From an uncultured Chloroflexia bacterium (GTDB lineage Bacteria; Chloroflexota; Limnocylindria; Limnocylindrales; CSP1-4): DNA of 64,000 nt. Below the pieces are notes generated by a model, which did no database searches, was not told the origin of the DNA, and saw only the letters and a list, made by a program, of their open reading frames with translations. The position numbers and the translations under genes were made by a program. Positions within the stretch are counted from its first letter, which is position 1, and the number at the start of each line of letters is the position of its first letter. This document shows, one piece after another, positions 18,394 through 27,890 of the stretch. The stretch is from positions 1-64,000 of the forward strand of contig CAVVYR010000008.1 of NCBI GenBank assembly GCA_963752475.1, written 5' to 3'.

Positions 18394-19437
18394 TCAGGCT
18401 CCCTGCCGTCGGCTGCGAGTCGCGAACCGGTCGAAGGCGACCGCGGCGATGAGCACGAAACCGATCACGACCTGCTGCACGAAGGACGACACGTTGAGCA
18501 GGACCAGTCCGTTCTGCAGCACCCCGATGAGCAGGACACCGACGACGGTGCCGAAGATGCCTCCGACCCCGCCGAACAGGCTGGTGCCGCCGATGACCAC
18601 CGCGGCGATGACCGCCAGTTCGAAGCCGATGCCGGCCACTGCCTCCGCCGAACCCAGCCGCGCTGACAGAAGGAAGCCGGCCAGGCCGCACATGAAGCCC
18701 ACGATGACGTAGACCGAGAAGATGATGCGGTCGGTGGGGATGCCGTTGAGCTTGGCTGCCATCGGGTTGCCGCCGGTGGCGTAGACGTGTTGACCGAAGC
18801 GCGTGTAGCGCAGCACCAGCAGGGCGATGACGGCGGCGCCCAGGAAGAGCAGCGCCGGGATGGGGACGTTCTCGACGAAGAGGATGTCCACCCGACCCTG
18901 GCCCCAGAAGGTGTAGTCAGGCTCGAAGCCGGAGATGGGGCCGCCTTCGGAGAGCATCAGGGTCATGCCCCGGAAGATGGTCAGACCCCCAAGCGTCACC
19001 ACGAAGGGAGGCACCTTGAACTTCGAGACCGTGAAGCCCTGCGCCGCACCGCCGAGGACACCGACGATCAGTGCCGCCAGAAGGGCGAGCTGCCAGGGAT
19101 TGCCGGCGTCCACAGCCTCGCCCACCGCGAAACGATCAGCCAGGCCGCCCTTGGCCACGTAGGCACCGACCATGCCGGCCAGCGCGAGCAGCGAGCCGAC
19201 GGAAAGGTCGATGCCCGCGGTCAGGATGACGAACGTCATGCCGATCGCGATCAGCCCCGTGAAGGACACCTGACGCAGGGTGTTGAGCAGGTTGAACGGG
19301 CTCAGGAAGTTTGGTTCCAGCAGCGCGAACACGATGATCAGCAGCAGCAGGAACGCGGGCGCGGCGAGCCTGGATGCGATGTACAGGTAGTCCCGGCTCT
19401 GGGATGTGTCCGTTCCCGGCAGGTGACTCTCGGTCAT
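18394..19437 (-). CDS. Sugar ABC transporter permease (RbsC-like)
   Basis: GIDLSVGS, VPPFVVTLG and IAAVVIGGTSLFGG motifs; multiple TM segments. Confidence 0.92.
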   Translation of the reverse strand: MTESHLPGTDTSQSRDYLYIASRLAAPAFLLLLIIVFALLEPNFLSPFNLLNTLRQVSFTGLIAIGMTFVILTAGIDLSVGSLLALAGMVGAYVAKGGLADRFAVGEAVDAGNPWQLALLAALIVGVLGGAAQGFTVSKFKVPPFVVTLGGLTIFRGMTLMLSEGGPISGFEPDYTFWGQGRVDILFVENVPIPALLFLGAAVIALLVLRYTRFGQHVYATGGNPMAAKLNGIPTDRIIFSVYVIVGFMCGLAGFLLSARLGSAEAVAGIGFELAVIAAVVIGGTSLFGGVGGIFGTVVGVLLIGVLQNGLVLLNVSSFVQQVVIGFVLIAAVAFDRFATRSRRQGA

Positions 19438-19485
19438 GGTCTGGCGAACCGTCCCCTACGCGTCGTTCTGGGCCAGCCTATAGAA

Positions 19486-19512
19486 GCGGCGGGCCGAACA
19501 TCGGCCCGCCGC
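19486..19512 (-). terminator. GC-rich stem-loop between the binding-protein and permease genes (mRNA stabiliser or attenuator)
   Basis: Perfect 12-bp stem GCGGCGGGCCGA-ACA-TCGGCCCGCCGC; no poly-U tail. Confidence 0.55.
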
Positions 19513-19543
19513 GCATCGTCAGATGACGTTGCCTGGTGTCGCT

Positions 19544-20491
19544 CTACTCGAGCTCGCCCAGACGCTCGCCCTGGTCGATGTTGTCCACGGTGATGGCGAT
19601 CGGGCTGAGGAGCGTGACCGGATCCGGCTCGACGCCGTCACGCAGATAGCTCACGAGAGCCTGCGTCGCACCACGGCTCTGGCCACCGGGGAACTGCTCG
19701 ATGGTGGCCAGAAGGCCGCCGTCACGCACGCTGCCGAGAGCCTCGGGCAAGGCATCGAACCCGATGACCGCGATGTCCAGACCCTGCTCATCGACGACCT
19801 GCAGCGCGCCAAGCGCCATGTCGTCGTTGGCAGCCACGATCACGTCGGGAGCCTCGTCGAGTCCGGCGAGGATGGCCTCGGTGACAGCGACGGCCTCGGT
19901 CCGCGAGAAGTTCGCGGTCTGCTCGGCTACGAAGACGTACGTGTCGGACATGTCGTCGAGGACGTTGTGAACGCCCGCGTTACGGTCGATGGCCGGGCTG
20001 GAGCCGGGCTGACCCTGAAGGTTCACGATATCGGCGCCATCGGGGAACGTGTCGACGATGAGCTGACCCTGCGCCTCGCCGCCGATGACGTTGTCCGCGC
20101 CGACGTGGCTGAGGATGCCCTCGACATCGTCCACGCGACGATCGATGGTCACGACCGGGATGCCGGCCGCAACGGCGTCCGCCAGCACCGGCGCCATGGC
20201 CACGGTGTCGATGGGGCTGATGATGATGCCGTCGACGCCCTGGGTGATCGCGGCCTCGACGTCCGCGGTCTGCTTGGGAGCGCTGTTCTCGCCGTCGGTC
20301 TCGAGCAGCGTGATGCCCCCGAGAGCCTCGGCCTCGTCGCGCAACTCCTTCTGCATGTGGACGAAGAAGGGGAACTCCAGCGCGGGCATGGACGAGTGGA
20401 TCGTCAGCTCATCCTGTGCTGCGACCGGAGCTGCTGCCAACGACCCGGCGACTGCCACCGAGACGGCCAAACCAAGGACTTGCTTCTTCAC
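19544..20491 (-). CDS. Sugar ABC transporter substrate-binding protein (RbsB-like)
   Basis: Signal peptide ending VAAQD; PFF, IPVVTIDR, ANDDMALGA and GFDA motifs. Confidence 0.9.
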   Translation of the reverse strand: MKKQVLGLAVSVAVAGSLAAAPVAAQDELTIHSSMPALEFPFFVHMQKELRDEAEALGGITLLETDGENSAPKQTADVEAAITQGVDGIIISPIDTVAMAPVLADAVAAGIPVVTIDRRVDDVEGILSHVGADNVIGGEAQGQLIVDTFPDGADIVNLQGQPGSSPAIDRNAGVHNVLDDMSDTYVFVAEQTANFSRTEAVAVTEAILAGLDEAPDVIVAANDDMALGALQVVDEQGLDIAVIGFDALPEALGSVRDGGLLATIEQFPGGQSRGATQALVSYLRDGVEPDPVTLLSPIAITVDNIDQGERLGELE

Positions 20492-20674
20492 GGTCCGTCC
20501 TCCTCACGTGCGGACCCCGCATCTTGGATCGAAGCGGGTCATCCGCACTCGAAACATACCAGCCCCTGGTTGGGGCCGGATCTCGTTTCTCCGTACAGGC
20601 GGCGCATGGTAGTGCTCACATCCGACCGAGTCAACGAAGCCGGTCCGTCGCTACTCGTCAGGGCGTACCATCGC

Positions 20675-20690
20675 ATGCAAACGATGACAT
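20675..20690. promoter_or_regulatory. Putative LacI-family operator
   Basis: ATGCAAACGATGACAT resembles the TGnAAnCGnTnnCA palindrome and lies between the divergent ABC and rpiB-like genes. Confidence 0.45.
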
Positions 20691-20733
20691 CGGCATGCCC
20701 CGCCGTGACACGCTCACCCGGAAGGACGTTCGC

Positions 20734-21297
20734 ATGAAGACCACCAAGGACAAGCAAGTGGTGATGGCTGCCGACTTCGCCGGCTGGCCGCTGGCTCAGG
20801 CTGTCAAGAAGCACCTCCAGTACAAGGGCTGGACCGTCGAGGACCTCACGCCCGTCCTGGAGGAGACGCCGATGTACCACCGCGCGGGCTTCATGCTCGG
20901 CGCCAAGATCAGCGAGCGTGAGTACGAGAAGGGCCTCGCCTTCTGCGGCACGGGCATGGGTATCCACGTCGCGGCCGGCAAGTGCCCGCACGTCCACGCT
21001 GCCATCTGCGAGAACGTGCCCTCGGCCAAGCGTGCTGCCACCGGCAACAACTGCAACGTACTCGCCATGGGCGCGCTGTGGACGGCCCCGAACCTGGGCA
21101 TGGCCATGGCCGACGCCTTCCTCGAGTCCTCCTTCGGCGAGGGCTACGAGGACTGGGAGGGCTTCGACGAATTCCACGTCGTGGGCTACGAAGAGACCGA
21201 CAGCTTCGACTACGAGGCCTACAAGGCCAACGGCTTCAAGCTCCCCAGCGAAGAGGTGCCGTACCTCGCGCCGTGGCCGAAGGACCGCCCCTTCTGA
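20734..21297 (+). CDS. RpiB/LacA/LacB family sugar(-phosphate) isomerase, divergent
   Basis: AADFAG, FCGTGMG and NNCNVLAMGA motifs. Confidence 0.82.
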   Translation: MKTTKDKQVVMAADFAGWPLAQAVKKHLQYKGWTVEDLTPVLEETPMYHRAGFMLGAKISEREYEKGLAFCGTGMGIHVAAGKCPHVHAAICENVPSAKRAATGNNCNVLAMGALWTAPNLGMAMADAFLESSFGEGYEDWEGFDEFHVVGYEETDSFDYEAYKANGFKLPSEEVPYLAPWPKDRPF

Positions 21298-21370
21298 CCA
21301 TGCTCAAGGCCGTCATGGGCATGGCCACACTGGCGGCTCGCGACCCTCGGTCGAACGTAGGGAGGACGAG

Positions 21371-21562
21371 ATGGCCAAGGACGACAGCGGACGCGAAGGA
21401 CTCTCTGCAGGAGCGATGTCGAAGGAGCTCGGTATCTCGCCGGCGAAGGTGAAGAAGGCCCTGAGCGAGCTCGGCATCGAGCCGGACTTCGTCAAGTCCG
21501 GCTGCAACTACTACTACGCGGAGCGTGCGGCGCAGGTCAAGGAGTCCCTCGCCAAGTCATGA
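21371..21562 (+). CDS. Small (63 aa) basic helix-turn-helix-like protein
   Basis: GGAGGA RBS; LSAGAMSKELGISPAKVKKALSELGIEP; host-like codon usage. Confidence 0.7.
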   Translation: MAKDDSGREGLSAGAMSKELGISPAKVKKALSELGIEPDFVKSGCNYYYAERAAQVKESLAKS

Positions 21563-21629
21563 CCCATCCGAGCCGACCGGCCATGGTCGTCGCCGTACCC
21601 TAGCCTCAGCCACACTTCGAGGAGAGAGG

Positions 21630-22040
21630 ATGCCTACCCGTCGAGAGATCGGATACAGCGAGGCGCGCGGCCTGGTCGAAGCCGTCGCCGACCGGCTGGA
21701 GGAAGAGGGTCGCGGCGCGGCCGTGGCCGTGGTCGATGCGCACGGAGAGCTGGTGGCCTTCCTGCGCACCGATGGCTGCCCCTTCCCCTCGATCAAGATC
21801 GCCACCCAGAAGGCCTTCACCGCGGCCCGCGACCGCCAGGAGTCACGCGCCCTCGGAGACACCGCACGCAAGGAGGATTTCCCACTCACCAACTTCGGTG
21901 AGATCGGCTACGTCGGCTGGGGTGGCGGCGTACCCATCGAGGTCGACGGCGAGGTCATCGGTGCCATCGGCATCAGCGGCCTGCCCGAGACCGAGGACAT
22001 GAAGCTCGCCCGGTGGGCCGTGGAGAGCTTCATCGCGTAG
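21630..22040 (+). CDS. GlcG/HbpS family heme-binding protein
   Basis: AVAVVDAHG, IATQKAFTA, GGGVPI and GAIGISG motifs. Confidence 0.88.
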   Translation: MPTRREIGYSEARGLVEAVADRLEEEGRGAAVAVVDAHGELVAFLRTDGCPFPSIKIATQKAFTAARDRQESRALGDTARKEDFPLTNFGEIGYVGWGGGVPIEVDGEVIGAIGISGLPETEDMKLARWAVESFIA

Positions 22041-22052
22041 GAGGGCGAGCCC

Positions 22053-23069
22053 GTGGACATGGACCAGTTCATCCGGTCGATCCCCAAGGCGGAGCTTCAC
22101 CTGCACATCGAGGGCACGCTCGAACCTGAGCTGAAATTCGAGCTCGCGGCCCGAAACGGCCTCGAGCTGCCGTATGCCTCGGCCGACGCGATGCGGGCGG
22201 CCTACGACTTCGACGATCTCTCCTCATTCCTGGCGCAGTACTACGAGGGCATGTCGGTGCTGGTCACGGAGGACGACTTCTGTGACCTGGCCATGGCCTA
22301 CTTCGAGCGAGTCGCGGCCCAGGGCCTCGTCTACGTCGAGATGTTCTTCGACCCGCAAGCGCACACCAGTCGCGGGGTCGCCTTCGATACGGTCATCTCC
22401 GGCCTGCGACGAGCACAACGAAGTGCCGAGGACCTGGGCATCAGCTCACAGCTGATCATGTGCTTCCTGCGCGACCATTCGGTCGAGTCGGCCTTCGAGA
22501 CGCTCGAGCAGGCAGCGGGGTACCGAGAGTCGATCGTCGGCGTGGGCCTCGACTCGGACGAGCGAGACAACCCGCCGCTCAAGTTCCGCGACGTCTTCGC
22601 GGCGGCTCGTGAGCAAGGCTATCGACTGACCATGCACTGCGACGTCGACCAGCAGGACACGACCGAGCACATCCGTCAATGCCTCGACGACATCCGCGTC
22701 GAGCGCATCGACCACGGCTCGAACGCCATCGAGGACCCTGCGCTCATGGATGAGCTCGTGCGGCGCGGCATCGGGCTCACCAACTGCCCTATCTCCAACT
22801 CGTTCGTCAGCGACGGTACGAAGGCGCAGGAGATCCGTGCGCTGTACGAACGAGGCGTGCTGGTTACGGTCAACTCCGACGATCCGGCCTACTTCCCGGG
22901 CTACGTGGCTGACAACCTCGCGGTGTTGCAGCGGGAGGCTGACCTCGGGCGCGACGAGATCGTCCAGTTGGTGCGCAACAGCTTCACCATCAGCTGGCTC
23001 GATGAGGACGAGCGCGCAGCCTACCTCGACCGGATCGACTCCTGGGTCACCGCCTCCGAGGCTGGATAG
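22053..23069 (+). CDS. add: Adenosine/adenine deaminase family protein
   Basis: PKAELHLHIEG, FFDPQAH, RIDHG, CPISN and NSDDPAYF motifs. Confidence 0.85.
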   Translation: MDMDQFIRSIPKAELHLHIEGTLEPELKFELAARNGLELPYASADAMRAAYDFDDLSSFLAQYYEGMSVLVTEDDFCDLAMAYFERVAAQGLVYVEMFFDPQAHTSRGVAFDTVISGLRRAQRSAEDLGISSQLIMCFLRDHSVESAFETLEQAAGYRESIVGVGLDSDERDNPPLKFRDVFAAAREQGYRLTMHCDVDQQDTTEHIRQCLDDIRVERIDHGSNAIEDPALMDELVRRGIGLTNCPISNSFVSDGTKAQEIRALYERGVLVTVNSDDPAYFPGYVADNLAVLQREADLGRDEIVQLVRNSFTISWLDEDERAAYLDRIDSWVTASEAG

Positions 23070-23087
23070 AGTCTGGCCGCAGCTGGC

Positions 23088-23753
23088 CTAGGCCTCCTTC
23101 ACGGCGGCATACCAGACGCGGTCGGCCACATCCACGAGCGCGTCGGCGATACGCGAGAGGCGTCGGTACAGCTCCCGCCGCCCGATGACCTCGCGCACAT
23201 GGGCCTGCGGTGAACCGTCGGTGAGCTCGAGTTCCAGCAGGCTGCCCATCGCCTGCCGATAGACCTTCTCCATCCGGCGGGCCGACTTGGTTGCGTCGTC
23301 GGCTGCCTGCGTGGCGGTCCGGTGGCTGTCCTCGCCGCCGTGGACCGCGATGGCCCCGAACGCCCGGGACAGGTGGTTCGTACCATCGAGCAGCCGCTCG
23401 GCCATCTCGGCCATGGGCTCGTCAGAGGGCATGGCCATGACTTCCGCCTCGCGGACCACGTCCTTGGCGCCGTTGAGGATCCGGTCGAGCAGCTGGCTCA
23501 GGATGAAGATGTCCTCGGGGCTGATGGGCGTGATGAAGGCGTCGCGCAGGGCGGTGCGCAGCGCACGCCTGGCTTCGTCGGCTTCGTGCTCCCTGGTGCG
23601 CACCGCGTCCGCCGCCGCCTCGTCACCAGCGGCCCAGGCCGCGAACGCCTCCATGCCCGAGACGGTGAGGGCCATCTGCGAGCGCAGCCCCGCGAGCACA
23701 TCCGGCTCGTCGGGCAGGAACCAGTGCACCAAGGGTCGTCGCATCCGGATCAT
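23088..23753 (-). CDS. DUF47 / PhoU-like phosphate transport regulator
   Basis: EHEADE...AFITPISPEDI...LD pattern; directly downstream of the PiT gene. Confidence 0.85.
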   Translation of the reverse strand: MIRMRRPLVHWFLPDEPDVLAGLRSQMALTVSGMEAFAAWAAGDEAAADAVRTREHEADEARRALRTALRDAFITPISPEDIFILSQLLDRILNGAKDVVREAEVMAMPSDEPMAEMAERLLDGTNHLSRAFGAIAVHGGEDSHRTATQAADDATKSARRMEKVYRQAMGSLLELELTDGSPQAHVREVIGRRELYRRLSRIADALVDVADRVWYAAVKEA

Positions 23754-24773
23754 CACACCCCAGCAAGGAGCCGCCACAGTGGCAGCGCCAGCACAGCGAG
23801 GATTGCTGCTGCAGGCATCGTCGTCAACCAGGTCACGCCGATCTCGCGCACCACGCCCCAGCTGATGTGCCGCCATCGCCGCCGGCCCGCACCGATACCC
23901 ACGACCGACGAGGCCACGACCTGGGTGGTCGAGACCGGCAGACCACCGAGCGAGGCCCCGAAGATCACGCCGGCCGAGCTGGCCTGGCTCACCAGCCCGT
24001 CGAGGCTGTGGATGGGATAGATGCGCCGACCGATGGTGGTGACGATGCGCCAGCCACCGAGCGCGGTGCCCACGGTCAGCGCCAGGCTGCAACCAAGGAT
24101 CACGGCGAAACCGGTGTCGCCGACGTCATCGATGTAGCCACCAGCCACGAGCATGGCCGCGATGACCCCGACGGCCTTGGAGGCATCGTTGGCGCCATGG
24201 CTGAAGGCCAGCCATCCCGACGTCACCCACTGGGCGCGGCGCACGGGCCTGCCGGCAGCGGTCGAGGCACGACCGACGTAGCGCAGGACCAGTCGCTCGA
24301 GCACCCAGGACGCACCGAAGCCAAGGATCGTGGCCAGGAAGATGCCGATCAGGATGCCGAAGACCCCGCCGAGTCCCCCTCCGACGATCGGACCCCAGAC
24401 GACCGCGTCGAGTCCCGCGGCGATCACGGCCGCGCCCACCAGGCCGCCCACGAGGGCATGCGAGGCAGAGGACGGGATGCCTCGGTACCAGGTGATGGCG
24501 TTCCAGGCGACCGCGCCGGTCAGCCCGGCGCCGATCACCGCGACCGCGACCTCGGCGTCGACCGAGACCAACGTGGCCACGGTGTTGGCGACAGCCGTGC
24601 CTACGATGCAGCGGACCCAGCAGGTTGGCCACCGAGGCCATGGCGATCGCCGCCAGTGGCCTCGCGGCACGCGTGGCCACCAACGTGGCGATGGCGTTCG
24701 CCGCGTCGTGGAACCCATTCGTGAAGGCGAAGGCCAGGGCCATCGCGATCCCGGCGAAGAGGACAAGGTCCAT
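23753..24773 (-). CDS. pit: Inorganic phosphate transporter (PiT family), frameshift near 24610
   Basis: N-part [14 protein letters not shown]; the second frame has [19 protein letters not shown] and PVSTTQ. Confidence 0.88.
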
Positions 24774-24814
24774 GGCTCAGCCCGGACGGTTCGCGAGGCC
24801 GCCGGGCGCGCGGG

Positions 24815-25868
24815 CTACTCGTCGCTGGCTTCGGTCTCTTCTCCGGCGGCCTCGGCTTCAGCAGCGGCGGCAACGGCTTCCGCCTCGAGAGCGAGGACGT
24901 CGTTCTCCACGACGAGCCAGCTGAAGGGCGTGGCGCGGTTGCGCTTGCTCGAGATGCGGATGGTGAAGGTGTCATCCGCAACGTTGCGCGTGATCCAGAA
25001 GTTCCGGCCGTAGAGGTTGCCCAGCGGCGTCGCCACGATGACCGAGCCCAGGGTGAGATCCACCCCCGGCTCCACCACGATGGAGCGATTGCTGCGCGGC
25101 AGGCGGACGTAGCCGCTGACGCTCTCGACCGACTCGCCGGGCTCACCCTGCTCACCCTGGGGGCCCTGTCGCCTTGCGGGCCCTGTTCGCCTTGCGGGCC
25201 CTGTTCGCCCTGGGGGCCTTGGGCACCTTGCGGGCCCGGCTCGCCGGGCGCACCCTGCTCGCCCTGCGGGGCCCTGCTCGCCCGCGGGCCCTGTTCACCT
25301 TGTGGGCCTTGGGCACCTTGCGGGCCTTGTTCGCCTTGCGGGCCTTGCTCGCCTGCAGGACCTGGCTCGCCCTGTGGGCCCGGGTCACCAGCCGGGCCGG
25401 CGGGCCCTGCGACACCAGCAGGTCCGGGGTCGCCGGCGGGGCCCGGGTCACCCTGGGGGCCGGGCTCGCCTGCGGGACCTGGATCGCCGGCCGGGCCAGG
25501 ATCACCTGGGGTCCGGCTGGGCCGGGGTCACCCGCTGGGCCTGGGTCACCGGCAGGGCCTGGATCGCCGGCAGGGCCCGGGTCACCGGCAGGGCCTGGAT
25601 CGCCCTTGGGGCCCTTCTCACCCGGATCGCCCGTGGGGCCCTGTGGCCCGACCTCGTTCCAGTTGATGAGCGTGTCGGTGGCCGCGCAGTGGCCGGCCGG
25701 TGCCTCACCGATACCGACGTCGATAAGCGACGACTCGGGTGTCAGGCACCCGTAGTACGTCGCATCGTCCTGAGCTGACACTCCAGCGGGCACCATCCCC
25801 GCGATCAAGGCCGCGACCGCCGCAGCAGCAGCGACCCGCCTTCCCGAACCGTTCGTCCTCGACATCAT
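24815..25868 (-). CDS. Secreted collagen-like (Gly-X-Y) protein with several frameshifts in the repeat
   Basis: Signal peptide ending VSAQDD; roughly 55 [12 protein letters not shown] triplets at 25140-25650; the C-terminal domain ends TEASDE at 24815. Confidence 0.8.
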
Positions 25869-25958
25869 GGCTGCCTCCTCCGCAGACGGTATGACGAGGC
25901 CATGCTACCGCCGGGCTCACCCTCCCGACAGACCGAAAGGCCCTGATATGCTCGGTCG

Positions 25959-26429
25959 ATGGCCCAAGCGATCGCCGCTTCCGGCGAAGGACTGCGCGCC
26001 CTCATCGCCCCGCTCGTGAACGAGATCGGGGGACCGGTGACTGCGCTACGCGCTATCCAGCAGCAGCAGGGCTGGATCGACGGTGTGGCTATCGAGACCG
26101 TGGCCGACGCCTTCAACCTCAGCCGTGCTGATGTGCGTGGCCTGGTCGAGTTCTACGCCGACTTCAAGACGATGCCCCCCGCGGCACATACCGTCGCCGT
26201 CTGCCAGGCCGAGGCCTGCCAGGCTGCCGGCTCGCGGGAACTGACCAGGCACCTCGAGGACCGGCTCGGCGCGAAGCTCGGGCGCATGGACGACGACCAC
26301 ACCGTCGAGCTCGAGCCGGTCTACTGCCTGGGCCTCTGCGCACGGGCGCCGGCGCTGATGGTCGACGGCACGCTCGTGGTCGAGGCAGATCAGGTCGTCG
26401 ATGACGTGGTCGGGAAGGTGCGACCGTGA
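25959..26429 (+). CDS. fdsG: NAD-dependent formate dehydrogenase gamma subunit (NuoE-like 2Fe-2S)
   Basis: NLSRADV..FY.DF, CQAEACQA and YCLGLCA motifs. Confidence 0.9.
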   Translation: MAQAIAASGEGLRALIAPLVNEIGGPVTALRAIQQQQGWIDGVAIETVADAFNLSRADVRGLVEFYADFKTMPPAAHTVAVCQAEACQAAGSRELTRHLEDRLGAKLGRMDDDHTVELEPVYCLGLCARAPALMVDGTLVVEADQVVDDVVGKVRP

Positions 26430-27889
26430 CCGACCACGCCTTCGTCCCGCATGAGTCGGTGGCGGTCGCGCTCGGCGCGGCCGAGATCGCAGGCTCCCTC
26501 GCCGAGTCGGGCGCCGAGGTGACGCGCAACGGCTCCCGCGGCCTGCTCTGGGCCGAGCCGATGATCGAGCTGGAGCGCAACGGCACCCGGACGGCCTACG
26601 GCAATGTCAGCCCTGCCGGCGCTACCCGGCTCGAAGAGTACGAGCTCGGCCCGGTCGAGGAGGTCCTCGCCGGCCAGCGGCGCGTGGTCTTCGCCACCTG
26701 TGGCACCTACGAACCCACGGACCTCGAGGCCTATCGCGCCCATGGCGGCTTCGGCTCACTGGAGATGGACCCGCGGGACATCATCGACGCGGTCAACACC
26801 GCCGGCCTGCGTGGCTATGGCGGCGCGGGCTTCCCCGCCGGGCGCAAATGGCAGACCGCAGCGGACACTGAAGCCGACCAGAAGTATGTCGTGGCCAACG
26901 CCGACGAGGGTGATTCGGGCACGTTCAGCGACCGCCTGCTGATGGAGGGCGACCCCTTCCTGCTCATCGAAGGGATGATGCTCACCGGCCGCGCCATCGG
27001 CGCCACTCGCGGTGTCATCTACCTGCGCTCCGAGTACCCCGTGGCCGCCGACGTGTTGTCCCGCGCCATCGACACCGCACGCGAGGCGGACATCCTGGGC
27101 GAGGCCTTCGATGTCGAGCTCTTCATCGGCGCCGGCGCCTACATCTGTGGCGAGGCCACCTCGCTGCTCGAGTCACTCGAGGGCCGGCGCGGCGAGATCC
27201 GTGTCAAGCCGCCGCCCATGGCCATCCGCGGCCTCTACGGCAAGCCCACCGTGGTCAACAACATCGTCACGCTCTGCGCGGTGCCCTGGATCATCCGCAA
27301 CGGCGGTGAAGCCTACGCCGCCATGGGTGTGGGCAGGTCGACCGGCACCATGCCCTTCCAGCTCGCCGGCAACGTCAAGCGCGGCGGCCTCTACGAGCTG
27401 GAGTTCGGCGTGACGCTCGGTGAGCTCGTCAACGAGTGGGGCGGCGGCACCAGGTCCGGCCGTCCGGTCAAGGCCGTCCAGGTGGGCGGGCCGCTCGGCG
27501 CGTACCTCACCCCGGAGCACTTCGACGTGCCCATGACGTATGAGCACCTGCGCGAGATCGGGGCCGAGATCGGCCACGGCGGCGTGGTCGTCTTCGATGA
27601 CACCGTGGACATGGCGGAGCAAGCTCGCTACGCCTTCGCCTTCTGCGCCCACGAGTCCTGCGGCAAGTGCACGCCCTGCCGCATCGGCGCCGTGCGCGGC
27701 GTGGAGTTGATGGACCAGATCATCGATGAGGGCAGCCTCGACCGACGGCTGCCGTTGCTGGAAGACCTGTGCGAGGTGATGGAGGACTCGAGCATGTGTG
27801 CCATGGGCAGCATGACGCCCAAGCCGGTGCGCAGCGCGCTCGAACACTTCGGGGGCGACTTCGACAAGACGGGGGCGGAGGGCCGCTGA
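26426..27889 (+). CDS. fdsB: NAD-dependent formate dehydrogenase beta subunit (NuoF-like)
   Basis: GGAGFP, NADEGDSGTFSDR, GAGAYICGE and ESCGKCTPCRIG motifs. Confidence 0.92.
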   Translation: MTDHAFVPHESVAVALGAAEIAGSLAESGAEVTRNGSRGLLWAEPMIELERNGTRTAYGNVSPAGATRLEEYELGPVEEVLAGQRRVVFATCGTYEPTDLEAYRAHGGFGSLEMDPRDIIDAVNTAGLRGYGGAGFPAGRKWQTAADTEADQKYVVANADEGDSGTFSDRLLMEGDPFLLIEGMMLTGRAIGATRGVIYLRSEYPVAADVLSRAIDTAREADILGEAFDVELFIGAGAYICGEATSLLESLEGRRGEIRVKPPPMAIRGLYGKPTVVNNIVTLCAVPWIIRNGGEAYAAMGVGRSTGTMPFQLAGNVKRGGLYELEFGVTLGELVNEWGGGTRSGRPVKAVQVGGPLGAYLTPEHFDVPMTYEHLREIGAEIGHGGVVVFDDTVDMAEQARYAFAFCAHESCGKCTPCRIGAVRGVELMDQIIDEGSLDRRLPLLEDLCEVMEDSSMCAMGSMTPKPVRSALEHFGGDFDKTGAEGR

Positions 27890-27890
27890 G

